A stretch of DNA of 43,265 bases. Origin: Escherichia phage MarieHeimVoegtlin_Bas70. The notes under the pieces are model-generated. The model searched no databases, had not been told where the DNA came from, and worked only from the letters and a program-made list of their open reading frames with translations. The stretch's first letter is position 1. Every line of letters starts with the position of its first letter. The stretch lies in sequence record PQ850619.1; one strand, given 5' to 3'. Of the stretch, positions 8,576-17,462 are shown piece by piece. The position numbers and the translations under genes were made by a program.

Positions 8576-8755
8576 ATGGCAGATAATTATGTAATCCGCG
8601 AAAAGTACACCCACGTTGATGTTGTTGACGGTCAGGTTATGCCCGTTCGCGGTGTTGTAGAAGCGGATGAACTGGTAGCGGTTCAACCGGACAACGAAGA
8701 AGCGCACAACAACGGCGGTGGCACTAAGCGTCGCCGCCGTAAGTCAGAGGAATAA
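8576..8755 (+). CDS. hypothetical small protein (59 aa)
   Basis: ATG with AAGGAAAGG Shine-Dalgarno. Basic C-terminus KRRRRK. Tightly packed between neighbouring genes. Below the ORF-track length cutoff. Confidence 0.4.
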   Translation: MADNYVIREKYTHVDVVDGQVMPVRGVVEADELVAVQPDNEEAHNNGGGTKRRRRKSEE

Positions 8756-8758
8756 TTT

Positions 8759-9271
8759 ATGCCGCTAATCGTGGAAACTGGGGCAATCGTCCCGAATGCC
8801 GACAGTTACATTAGTCTGGCTGACGCCCGCGCGTTAGCGGCTAATTATGGCCTTGAGCTACCGGAAGACGATACCGCCGCGGAGGTGGCCTTGCGTAACG
8901 GCGCCACTTATGTCGGGCTTGCGGAACCGCAGATGTGCGGTCGCCGGGTATCCGCCGAACAGTCTCTGGCGTACCCACGTACGGGAACAACACTGAACGG
9001 CTTCACTGTAGCGGATAATGATATTCCGTCGCAGTTAATCCGGGCGCAGGTAATCGCCGCTGTTACATATGGCGCAGGAACTGATGTTCGGGCTAACTCT
9101 GATGGGCGTTCCGTGCAGACTGAGCGCGTAGAAGGCGCGGTGACCGTGACATACTTCAACAACGGCAACAGTGGCGCTACGACCGCGATTACCGCTGCTG
9201 ACGACGCTTTACGCCCGTTATTGTGTGGCGGTCTTAACAATGGTTTCTCGTTTAACGTGTACCGGGGTTAA
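8759..9271 (+). CDS. head-tail adaptor / connector-like protein (putative)
   Basis: 170 aa ORF in the head-to-tail joining region. Assignment from gene order only. Confidence 0.4.
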   Translation: MPLIVETGAIVPNADSYISLADARALAANYGLELPEDDTAAEVALRNGATYVGLAEPQMCGRRVSAEQSLAYPRTGTTLNGFTVADNDIPSQLIRAQVIAAVTYGAGTDVRANSDGRSVQTERVEGAVTVTYFNNGNSGATTAITAADDALRPLLCGGLNNGFSFNVYRG

Positions 9272-9273
9272 AA

Positions 9274-9888
9274 ATGGCGAAGACTAAATCAGAGATATTC
9301 ACGCTAATCGGTTCCGAGCTACCGGACAACACGACCGGACTTATTACGCCTGCGAAGTTGCGCAGGGTATTAACCCCGATGGCTGACTCACCTATTTACG
9401 CCACTCCGGGTGTTAAAGAGGTTGAAGTTCTCCGCGCTGCGTCGACAGTAGCGCAAGCGCCTACCGCAGTAGATACGGCGTTGCAGTTAACTTTCGGCGC
9501 TGCGCAGGGTAGTGCATCCGACCCGGTAATGATTAATGCCGCTGGCCTGGTTACATTTAACACCGCTGGCAACTACGCCGTTCGCATCAAGTTACAGGCG
9601 GGGCGCACAGGGGCCAGCGGCACGTCCATCCTGTTATCGCGCATTCTTCTTAACGGAGCTCAATACGGCTCACCAGCTGCCACGAAACTGGTAAGCGCCG
9701 ATGTAACAATCCCGATTGAATCCCGCGTCGTTATTAACCCAGCCGCAGGCCAGACGTTTGCCGTTCAGATTATGCGGGATAGCGTCGGAACTAACTTCGG
9801 TGGTGTATACCCGCAAGTAGCTACCGTAACCGCATGGGGTACAGCACCATCCGCGCTACTGGTTATCTCGAGACTGGAGGCCGCGTAA
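9274..9888 (+). CDS. hypothetical structural protein
   Basis: 204 aa ORF in the structural operon, tightly spaced after the previous gene. Confidence 0.45.
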   Translation: MAKTKSEIFTLIGSELPDNTTGLITPAKLRRVLTPMADSPIYATPGVKEVEVLRAASTVAQAPTAVDTALQLTFGAAQGSASDPVMINAAGLVTFNTAGNYAVRIKLQAGRTGASGTSILLSRILLNGAQYGSPAATKLVSADVTIPIESRVVINPAAGQTFAVQIMRDSVGTNFGGVYPQVATVTAWGTAPSALLVISRLEAA

Positions 9889-9997
9889 TGGAGGTTAAAA
9901 AACGCCTAGTAATAAAACGTAGTTACGGTTATAAGAAGCGGTTGTCTGATGCAAGTAAGGAATTAGCCAACATTCTTTCGACCAAGAGAGGGTTAGA

Positions 9998-10357
9998 ATG
10001 AGCACCGCTTTCAGTAAACGTATGCAAGGCGTAGGCACACGCCTGCTAACCAAGTTCGGCAGCACGGTATCTCTCGTCCGCGCTGGCTCGAAAGTGTGGG
10101 ATGAAGTTCTCGGTGAATACGTCTGGTCTGCGGATGAAGTGTTGCCGTTGAAGGCTGTTCCGGTTCCGGTAAACGCGGGACTGGTAAACGGTACGACGAT
10201 TCAGGCTGGCGACATGATTGTTAAAGCGGATTGCAGCGTCGTTCCGAAGATGGAAGACAAAGTGCAATTCGGTGGCGAGCAGTGGTCTGTCGTAGCCATT
10301 GAGAAGAAGATGGTTAACGATGATGTCGTGGCATACTTTATTCAGGTGAGAAAATGA
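9998..10357 (+). CDS. head closure / head-tail joining protein (putative)
   Basis: 119 aa ORF. Overlaps the next gene (ATGA). Assignment from position. Confidence 0.4.
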   Translation: MSTAFSKRMQGVGTRLLTKFGSTVSLVRAGSKVWDEVLGEYVWSADEVLPLKAVPVPVNAGLVNGTTIQAGDMIVKADCSVVPKMEDKVQFGGEQWSVVAIEKKMVNDDVVAYFIQVRK

Positions 10358-10854
10358 GTTTCGCGCTTGATGTCTCTAAGTTCGTGGAAAAGGCGAAGAA
10401 GAACCCTGAGAAGGTGATGCGTCAGGTGTCTATCAAGCTGTTTTCCGCTATTATAAAGGCGAGTCCGGTGGATACTGGCCGCTTTCGTATGAACTGGATG
10501 GCCTCTGGCGGTACTCCTGCTTCCGGTACGAGTCGCGGTACCGACCCTAGCGGGGCGAACGCGATAAGCGCTATGGTTTCTACGGTGTCAGGTTTACCCG
10601 ACTGGAGCGAGTTTACCCTGACAAATAACCTGCCGTATGCGGAAGTTATAGAGTTCGGGGGTTACGCTACTGGCTTCCACGGCCCTAAGCGCCCTTCTAA
10701 CTTAGGCTCTAAATTTGTTGGCCCATTGAGGCCGAAAGCGCCCAGCAGAACAACCACAGACGGATATTCCCTTCAGGCTCCGCAAGGTGTTGTCCGGGTT
10801 AACGTTCAGCGATTCAATAAACTGCTCGAAGAAGAAGCGAGGAAGTATAAATAA
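10354..10854 (+). CDS. tail completion / neck protein (HK97 gp10-like)
   Basis: 166 aa with the PVDTGRFRMNW motif typical of the HK97 gp10 family. Located between head-joining genes and the major tail gene. Confidence 0.5.
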   Translation: MSFALDVSKFVEKAKKNPEKVMRQVSIKLFSAIIKASPVDTGRFRMNWMASGGTPASGTSRGTDPSGANAISAMVSTVSGLPDWSEFTLTNNLPYAEVIEFGGYATGFHGPKRPSNLGSKFVGPLRPKAPSRTTTDGYSLQAPQGVVRVNVQRFNKLLEEEARKYK

Positions 10855-11267
10855 TGGGCTACTTTGAGGACTTAACAAAAGCGTTCGATGTTCCGCTGGT
10901 AGCCTTCGGAACCGCCAACGGCATCAAGGTTGCGCTTGAAAACATCGACGCGCCGACGTCAACCGATACGCCGTATCTGGCGAGTTACATGCTACTGGCA
11001 GATACCGAGCAGGCGGATTTGTTCTTCACTGAGCAACGCTCTGGTATTTATCAGGTAGACATTAACTACGCATCGGTGAAAGGTAGCGCGCCAATCAATA
11101 AAATGGCAGACTTACTTAACACGGCGTTTAAAGCAGGTAAGTCATTTTCGCGTAACGACATCTGCGCCGAGGTTCAATCGGTTAGCCTGGGGCCGCTGAT
11201 TGTAGAAAACGGATGGGCCAAACGACCATTGTCAATTAACTTTATTGCATTCACCAAGAGGCTGTGA
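10854..11267 (+). CDS. tail terminator-like protein (putative)
   Basis: 137 aa ORF immediately upstream of the major tail protein gene, overlapping both neighbours. Confidence 0.4.
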   Translation: MGYFEDLTKAFDVPLVAFGTANGIKVALENIDAPTSTDTPYLASYMLLADTEQADLFFTEQRSGIYQVDINYASVKGSAPINKMADLLNTAFKAGKSFSRNDICAEVQSVSLGPLIVENGWAKRPLSINFIAFTKRL

Positions 11268-12436
11268 ATATGGCTACAACTCCTTTTAAGGGCGCGAATA
11301 CCGCGCAATTCTATGTGGCGGAAACTACCCCTGGCGTAACACCGACTAACCCGGTATGGTCGCCGTTGCGTAACACGGGCGGCGTTCCCGCTGTAACCCG
11401 CGATGCACTGACTTCCAACGAACTGGACGGCAGCCGTGAAACTACATCCATCCGAACCGGTAACAAGCAGGTTAGCGGGGAGTATGCCATCGAACTTAGC
11501 TCTCGTAGCCAGGATGATTTCCTTGCGGGAGCGATGACTTCTACGTGGCAAGCTGGGGTAGAGATTACTGGCGCCGAAATTACGGTCGCCCCAGCAGGTA
11601 AAACATTCACCCGCGCTGCCGGTAGCTTCATTACTGACGGTGTAGAAGTTGGCGACCTTATTGCGTTCACCGACTTAACCGGCGACAACGCAAAACCGTT
11701 TATCGTGACCGCGGTTTCCGCTCTGGTAGTTACGGGCGCAGGTATTCAGCACACGCTGACAGCAGAGACAGTAACCACTGACGCAAAAACTGGCGACAAG
11801 CTGGAAACCGGTAACGCGTGTAAGACGTTCTCCATCCTGACGTGGTTCAAGGGCCAGTGTGGTAACCCGGACGCGTACATGCTGACCAAAGGTGTGGAAA
11901 TCTCTGGCTTTACCGTAGAGCAGGCGGTTAACGCCATGGTCACCGGCAGCTTCCCGTTCATCGGCCTGAGTCAGGAGATTCTTACCGCGCCGCCGTCTGG
12001 CTCTGATTTCTCTCGGGTTACGTTCACCGATGAGCCGTTCTCGTCGGTAGATGTGTCGGTGTTCGATGGCTCCACGCCGTTGCGTTGCGATACTCTCACC
12101 ATCACCAACGACAACGGAGCTTCCGCGCAGTTCGAACTCGGTAACAGTAGCGTGGCGTTCGTCGAACGTGGACGCGCAGCTAACACATTCTCTATCTCTG
12201 GCAAGCTGTACGACATGGCGATGATTCAGAAGTTTATCAACGAGCAGCAGGTAGAGATTAACTCTATTCTGGCAGGGGTAAACGGGGCTATGTCTTTCAG
12301 TTTGAAACGTGCAGAGCTTACGGCGGTTACACCTGAGATTGGTGGGCCTGAGTCAATCACTCAGTCCATTGAAGGCCAGGCTACCGGCAATCAGTACCAG
12401 TCGTCTATCGTAATTCAACGTATCACCTACGCATAA
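11264..12436 (+). CDS. major tail (tube) protein
   Basis: 390 aa T/S/G-rich ORF, last gene before a strong terminator and upstream of chaperone and tape measure genes. Confidence 0.55.
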   Translation: MNMATTPFKGANTAQFYVAETTPGVTPTNPVWSPLRNTGGVPAVTRDALTSNELDGSRETTSIRTGNKQVSGEYAIELSSRSQDDFLAGAMTSTWQAGVEITGAEITVAPAGKTFTRAAGSFITDGVEVGDLIAFTDLTGDNAKPFIVTAVSALVVTGAGIQHTLTAETVTTDAKTGDKLETGNACKTFSILTWFKGQCGNPDAYMLTKGVEISGFTVEQAVNAMVTGSFPFIGLSQEILTAPPSGSDFSRVTFTDEPFSSVDVSVFDGSTPLRCDTLTITNDNGASAQFELGNSSVAFVERGRAANTFSISGKLYDMAMIQKFINEQQVEINSILAGVNGAMSFSLKRAELTAVTPEIGGPESITQSIEGQATGNQYQSSIVIQRITYA

Positions 12437-12440
12437 AACT

Positions 12441-12466
12441 AAGGCCCCTTTCGGGGCCTTTTTCTC
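12441..12466. terminator. bidirectional intrinsic terminator
   Basis: aaggcccc-tttc-ggggcctt hairpin with AAAACT on the 5' side and TTTTTCT on the 3' side. Sits between convergent genes ending at 12436 (+) and 12465 (-). Confidence 0.7.
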
Positions 12467-12695
12467 ACTCATCAATATTACTTCGATACTCCCGTAACTT
12501 CTCCAGACTTTCAATTGCTTCTGCTAAGTCGGTTCCGGTGTCCTTATGCCCGCGAAGACCCATGCACAATAACTTCTTCAATGCGTGCTGTAGTGCGGGG
12601 TCACGGATGTCGAAGGCACGGAGAACATCGTAAACGTCTACGGTCATAGTGCTGCCGTGAGTGTTTGTCATTGTTCGGTTGTATTTTGAAGTCAT
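12465..12695 (-). CDS. hypothetical protein (76 aa), cassette member
   Basis: ATGA overlap with the upstream phosphoesterase gene, so likely co-translated. Last gene before the terminator. Confidence 0.5.
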   Translation of the reverse strand: MTSKYNRTMTNTHGSTMTVDVYDVLRAFDIRDPALQHALKKLLCMGLRGHKDTGTDLAEAIESLEKLREYRSNIDE

Positions 12696-13822
12696 CCCAG
12701 CATCTCCGGTGAAATAGTTAAACGTGCGACCTCGCCATATTCGGCGCTATAAGTAATTACATTTGCACTACGGCCTGACATCCACCCGCCGCGGGAGGCA
12801 TAGGCGTCTTTAGCCGCTAAGGTGCGGTGTTGCTCAACAATCATGTTACGGCTTTCTACAATCTTCTGGTGGTGCAGGTGGCCTACGTGGGCGTAGCTAT
12901 AGACACTCTCACCGAACGCTTTGCGGAATTTGGCAATCATAACCGGTTCGATAGCATCGAATCGCGCCTTATGCCCGTGGTGAAAGAACAACGTCGTTTT
13001 TCCGTGTTGCACCATCTTGTAAACATCCGGCGACGTATCGACAATCACTCGGCTGTCGTTCGAATATAAAACTGTGAACATTTCAGCCAGCCATACAGAG
13101 CCTACAGGGTCATGGTTCCCCTGTACGATAAGCAAGCGAACATTTTTATGTTTAACCAGTGCCATATCTACAACACGGCGTACCATACGAATCATGTAGC
13201 GGACGAGTTTCTGGTAGCGAGTGTCTGCGTCCAACACGTGACGCGACTCAGGTGTAACGGCATCCAGACTATCGAAGTGCGCGAAATCACCCAGCAGGTT
13301 AATAACTCCTGTTCCTGCATCCGGTGCTTTCTGAAACGCCGCGTCGAACCAACGAGAGAACAGGTCTTCCGCAATCTTTATATCCCAGTCGTCGCCGCTC
13401 TCGTCGGCCCAGGCAAGCATACCGAGATGGAAATCAGATACCGTGTAAAGATTGAGTAGCTTGTCGTCGCGTTTGGCTCGAGTCGCTTTAGCCGGCGCAA
13501 CTGGCGTAATCTCTGACTTCATGCCTTCAATCACGGCTTTCATCAACTCGACCTGACGTTCAGCGTCGGTGTCTGTCTTAACCCATTGCAACTTAGTATT
13601 GCCGAACTCGTCTACCAGAGACGACGTCCCTTTAATCTTGTAGCCGTCTGGGACAAGGTGGCTAACGTCACGCCCGTGGCCTACACCTTTCTTAGCCAGC
13701 TTCGCTTTACGGATACGAATAACTCGGTCTGAGATGCCGTATTTACGGGCGATGTCTACATTCTTCATCCCGGCGTTCAATTCTTCCTGTAACTGTTCGT
13801 CGGTTATTTTCTTCTGGGCCAT
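12692..13822 (-). CDS. HTH domain-calcineurin-like metallophosphoesterase fusion
   Basis: 376 aa. N-terminal helix-turn-helix NVDIARKYGISDRVIRIRKAK. Then ordered metallophosphoesterase motifs: SDFH (DxH), LLGDFAHFD (GDxxD-like), QGNHD (GNHD/E), HHGH, VGHLHH (GHxH). Encoded antisense to the tail genes. Confidence 0.7.
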   Translation of the reverse strand: MAQKKITDEQLQEELNAGMKNVDIARKYGISDRVIRIRKAKLAKKGVGHGRDVSHLVPDGYKIKGTSSLVDEFGNTKLQWVKTDTDAERQVELMKAVIEGMKSEITPVAPAKATRAKRDDKLLNLYTVSDFHLGMLAWADESGDDWDIKIAEDLFSRWFDAAFQKAPDAGTGVINLLGDFAHFDSLDAVTPESRHVLDADTRYQKLVRYMIRMVRRVVDMALVKHKNVRLLIVQGNHDPVGSVWLAEMFTVLYSNDSRVIVDTSPDVYKMVQHGKTTLFFHHGHKARFDAIEPVMIAKFRKAFGESVYSYAHVGHLHHQKIVESRNMIVEQHRTLAAKDAYASRGGWMSGRSANVITYSAEYGEVARLTISPEMLG

Positions 13823-13887
13823 GCTTACTTCCTCGTGTTTAGGATTTGTCCTATTTAACCACAGTGGATTCCTTTAAATAAAGGCAA

Positions 13888-14214
13888 CTATTTACTTTCT
13901 GCGCCTATCGCCCACCCTGTCATTACCATTTGCAGACGGGTGGCTGTCAGTAGGCTATAGAAAGCATCTCCGTTTTTCTCTACCGAACGTATCACTGTGT
14001 AGGTTACGGCCTGCGGGGGTAGGCCCGATTTACCAACCTCCACGGCGGCCTCACACTCGCGAACTGTAGAGTCCTTGAACGCCTTTACAATAGTAGGGTC
14101 GGCTTTATCAAGCACACCAGAAGTCATAAGAACAGATTCACTAAATACCTGTTCGCACGGGGCTCCAAAAGTAGCAAAAGACATAAAACCCAGAGCTAGT
14201 ACTAATTTACGCAT
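13888..14214 (-). CDS. small secreted/periplasmic protein (108 aa)
   Basis: N-terminal signal-peptide-like MRKLVLALGFMSFATFGA. GAGGAA Shine-Dalgarno. Own promoter at 14240-14271. Confidence 0.55.
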   Translation of the reverse strand: MRKLVLALGFMSFATFGAPCEQVFSESVLMTSGVLDKADPTIVKAFKDSTVRECEAAVEVGKSGLPPQAVTYTVIRSVEKNGDAFYSLLTATRLQMVMTGWAIGAESK

Positions 14215-14239
14215 AATTATTTCCTCAGTAAGTTACATG

Positions 14240-14271
14240 TGAATAGTACCCTATTATATTGGGGTGTGCAA
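14240..14271 (-). promoter_or_regulatory. sigma70-like promoter (TTGCAC-N17-TACTAT) with embedded AATAG-N4-CTATT palindrome
   Basis: 32 bp identical to 5136-5167. Positioned about 25 nt upstream of the 13888-14214 start codon on the minus strand. Confidence 0.55.
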
Positions 14272-14378
14272 GTAGTGTGCTAGAATAAGTTTGCGCCTAG
14301 TGTCGCACACGAAAAGCGGGTGGTTCCCGCCTGGCGCATTAACCATAACCAGTAACCTCTTAACCAAAGGACTAAAGA

Positions 14379-14795
14379 ATGAAACTTTCTGATTTCTATT
14401 TTGCCGACCGCCACGCCGCCGGTACTAAAATGCCTATCCTTCTGCCCAGTGGTAAAGATTCCGGTGAATGGTTGCAGGTCATCGGCCCCGATTGTGACGC
14501 TGGTGTTCGTGCGGGCCGTGCCTACACAACGGCAATTCGACGCCTTACGGAAGAACTTGCGCCATTAGATAAAGAGTGCGAGGCGCTGAATAACTGGGCG
14601 CGCTATAATGATGAGAAGGGCTGGCGGGTGATGGACCTGAACAAGCAGCTTGCCGTGGAAATCGTCACCGGTTGGTCATTCGACGAACCATTCAGCAAAG
14701 AGGCGCTTGCTAACCTGTTCGACCAGTACAGTGGGTTGGCAGAGGCCGTAGTTAAGCATCACACCGATAGCCGTGAGAAACTCTCGGAAAAGTAA
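14379..14795 (+). CDS. tail assembly chaperone (lambda G-like)
   Basis: 138 aa ORF directly upstream of the tape measure gene. Ends ...CTC TCG GAA AAG TAA, with an overlapping -1 frame open to 15157. Confidence 0.6.
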   Translation: MKLSDFYFADRHAAGTKMPILLPSGKDSGEWLQVIGPDCDAGVRAGRAYTTAIRRLTEELAPLDKECEALNNWARYNDEKGWRVMDLNKQLAVEIVTGWSFDEPFSKEALANLFDQYSGLAEAVVKHHTDSREKLSEK

Positions 14796-15157
14796 AAGCG
14801 CTGTATGAATTTGCGCAATGGTGCTTTGTCGACCGCCACAAACGTAAGCAATTCGACGACATCGCGGCGGGCCACCAGGCGGCTTTGATTGCAATGGGCG
14901 TGATTAAAGAACCGCAGATGAAAGAAGCGACGGGGCCGGAATGCCCCGTTTCTCTTATCGACGTGTTCGAGAAATACCGTGCCATTAAATTCCTACAGCG
15001 CGAAACAGATGATACTATCGTTATAATCCCGCGCGATGCGCTCAAATGGCAAGATTTGGTAGCGTTTCGTGATGTCGCCGGTTACGGCATAAGTTTGTTC
15101 GAAGCCGAGGTTATCATGGGCTTAGACGGAATATTTGAGGGCAGAGAAGATGGCTGA
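14379..15157 (+). CDS. tail assembly chaperone frameshift product (G-T-like), -1 programmed frameshift
   Basis: The -1 frame is open from 14777 to 15157 with no ATG until 14894. It overlaps the last codons of the G-like ORF. Candidate slip site GGAAAAG at 14786-14792. The product ends inside the tape measure start region. Confidence 0.5.
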
Positions 15158-17462
15158 TACGGCTTCCCTAATCGCCAGAGTAAAAACAGAAGGTGCTGAC
15201 GTAGCTGCCAAACAGCTTGACGCTATGGCGTCGTCTGCAGACCGCGCTGATACCGCGGTAAACAAGCTGACTCCGGACGTTAATAAAGTAAACTCCGCTA
15301 CGTCTAAAGCGGCTTCTGACGGTTTCGCTAAGTTCCGTAACGCTGCCGGGCAGGTAGGCTTCCAGGTGCAGGACATGGTTGTCCAGCTGCAATCCGGTAC
15401 GTCAGCATTTGTGGCAATAGGCCAGCAAGGTTCGCAACTTGCGGGTGCTTTCGGCCCTGGTGGTGCTGTGCTTGGGGCCGTAATCGCACTAGCGTCGGCT
15501 GTTGGTGGAGTACTGTATAAATCACTAACCGAAGCAGAAGGCAGTTCAAAAGACCTCGAAGCCGCGCAGAAACAGTTAAAAGATACTTTCCAGCAAACGG
15601 CATCTGGCTCTCTCGAGCTGACAGACGGCCTTATCCAGCTTACCCAAATCAGCAGAGAAGCAGCGGAGACTCAGCTTGCTCTGGCTAAGGCTAACGCGGA
15701 CCTTATCGCGCAGCAAACCGCTAAAGCTGTTCGTGAAGATGCCGAATCATGGGAAACGTGGAAAGCCTCCACGGCGTCGGCGATTAGCCAGTATGATGCA
15801 TTAGTCTCTAAGGGCGCAGATGTAGGCGACACATTAGAAAAACTCGGCGGCACTTACGAGGGCAACATCGTAGGCGTCAACATGCTGGCGCAGAATATCG
15901 CGGAGCTTAGCAGTAAGTTCGGAGTTAACCGTGACCAGGCGCTGGAGATGATAGCGGCGCAGAGTGCGTTTAACAAAGAGCCAACCGCCGAGAATGCCCG
16001 TCGCATCGCCGATGTGTTTACCGACTGGCTCGGTAACACAAAACAGTTGAACCCGGAACTTATCCGCCTGACGGACAACGCCAACAAGAACGCCACGGCA
16101 CTGGAGAACGCGGAGAAGTCAGCAAACGCGGCGGCAGAGGCCCAAAAGAATCTTGGTCGCAACGTCAACTCAACCACGCAGAGATTCCAGGAACAGAACG
16201 AAGCTATCGTCAAAAACCAGCAAATCGCCATCTTAAGCGACCGTGAGCGTATCCGGGCGCAAGCTGAACTTGATAAACAGGCGTTCGCTAAACGTGAAGC
16301 CGTCACCAAAGAACAGATAGCCGCGTATAATGCGGCCCGCGACGCGGAAGCGCAGCAAGACATCGCCCGCATTGACAAGACCGAGAAAGAGAAGGCCGAC
16401 CGCGAGGCTAAATCGAACGAGGAACGTCTGGCGGCACAAGCCAAACGCGAAGAAACAGCGGCACAACGTCAGAAAAAAGCGGCGGAAGATTTCCTGGCTA
16501 CTGTCGACCGCACAACCGGAGACGAAATTTCACGTATCACAGCGGCAGAAGAACAGAAACTGGCGAAACTTGAAGAGTTCAACCGCGCCGGAACGATAAG
16601 CCAGCAGCAGTACGAAAACGCCAAAACTCAAATTATGCTCACCGCCGAGCAGGCCAGACAGGAAGAACTGGATAAGAAAAGAAAAGAGCAGCAGGAAAAG
16701 CAGCAGAAAGGCGACGACTTCATGGCCCAGATTATGGGTCAGAACGCCGCTGAGCTTGAGCTTCTCGACATCCAGGAACAGCAGAAACTGTCGGTAGCAG
16801 ATAAGTACCGCGAGCAGGGTTTGATTAGTGAGAAGCAGTATCAGGCTGCGCTTAATGCCATCAACGAGCAGTACGCCACGAAGCGTGCCGACGCAACGGC
16901 AACGGCCTTCGGTAACATGGCCTCAAACATCGGTTCGGCTTTGGGCGAGGCTTCTGGCGCGTACAAGGCATTCGCTATCGTGCAGGCCACTATAGCCACG
17001 TACACCGCGGCTATTGAGGCGTATAAGTCAACAGCGGCTATCCCTGTAGTTGGCCCGTTCCTGGCTCCTGTAGCTGCCGCTGCTGCCGTTGGGGCGGGTA
17101 TGGCGCAGATTTCCGCTATCAGGTCCGCACGTGAACAGGGCGGACAGTTATCCGCGGGGCAGGCTTCAACCATCGCCGAACGCGGTAAACCAGAAGTTAT
17201 CATGCCCGCTGGTGCGTCACGTGTACGCACCGCACAGCAGATGAAAGAAATTATGGGGCAAAACGGGTCTTCTTCCGGACCGTCTAATGTTACTATCGTA
17301 AACAACACGAGTTCTCAAATCGGCAACGTATCCACTGAGCAAGATGATGAAGGCCGTTTGCGTATCATCATCGAGGAGCAAGTGGCTGCCTCTTTGCGGA
17401 ACAGTAACAGTAAGATTAGCAAGGCCCGCAAGGCCACAAGAAATGCGCCGGGGTTTAAATAA
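15150..17462 (+). CDS. tail tape measure protein
   Basis: 771 aa from ATG 15150 (track ORF starts at TTG 15135). Long A/Q/E/K-rich predicted coiled coil. Directly after the chaperone pair. Confidence 0.8.
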   Translation: MADTASLIARVKTEGADVAAKQLDAMASSADRADTAVNKLTPDVNKVNSATSKAASDGFAKFRNAAGQVGFQVQDMVVQLQSGTSAFVAIGQQGSQLAGAFGPGGAVLGAVIALASAVGGVLYKSLTEAEGSSKDLEAAQKQLKDTFQQTASGSLELTDGLIQLTQISREAAETQLALAKANADLIAQQTAKAVREDAESWETWKASTASAISQYDALVSKGADVGDTLEKLGGTYEGNIVGVNMLAQNIAELSSKFGVNRDQALEMIAAQSAFNKEPTAENARRIADVFTDWLGNTKQLNPELIRLTDNANKNATALENAEKSANAAAEAQKNLGRNVNSTTQRFQEQNEAIVKNQQIAILSDRERIRAQAELDKQAFAKREAVTKEQIAAYNAARDAEAQQDIARIDKTEKEKADREAKSNEERLAAQAKREETAAQRQKKAAEDFLATVDRTTGDEISRITAAEEQKLAKLEEFNRAGTISQQQYENAKTQIMLTAEQARQEELDKKRKEQQEKQQKGDDFMAQIMGQNAAELELLDIQEQQKLSVADKYREQGLISEKQYQAALNAINEQYATKRADATATAFGNMASNIGSALGEASGAYKAFAIVQATIATYTAAIEAYKSTAAIPVVGPFLAPVAAAAAVGAGMAQISAIRSAREQGGQLSAGQASTIAERGKPEVIMPAGASRVRTAQQMKEIMGQNGSSSGPSNVTIVNNTSSQIGNVSTEQDDEGRLRIIIEEQVAASLRNSNSKISKARKATRNAPGFK

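Noticed and set aside
8183-8707. 174-aa minus-strand ORF
   Set aside because: Antisense to the Ig-like protein gene and the small downstream gene, both of which have ribosome-binding sites and coding-like sequence.
9888-10001. 37-aa basic ORF filling the gap between the 9274 and 9998 genes
   Set aside because: It has TAATG and ATGA overlaps on both sides, but is very short with no ribosome-binding site of its own and no recognisable features. Not called without conservation data.
15854-17308. Minus-strand ORFs of 196 and 155 aa inside the tape measure gene
   Set aside because: Antisense to a long repetitive A/Q/E/K-rich gene, and Ala/Ser/Cys-rich. A typical shadow ORF.
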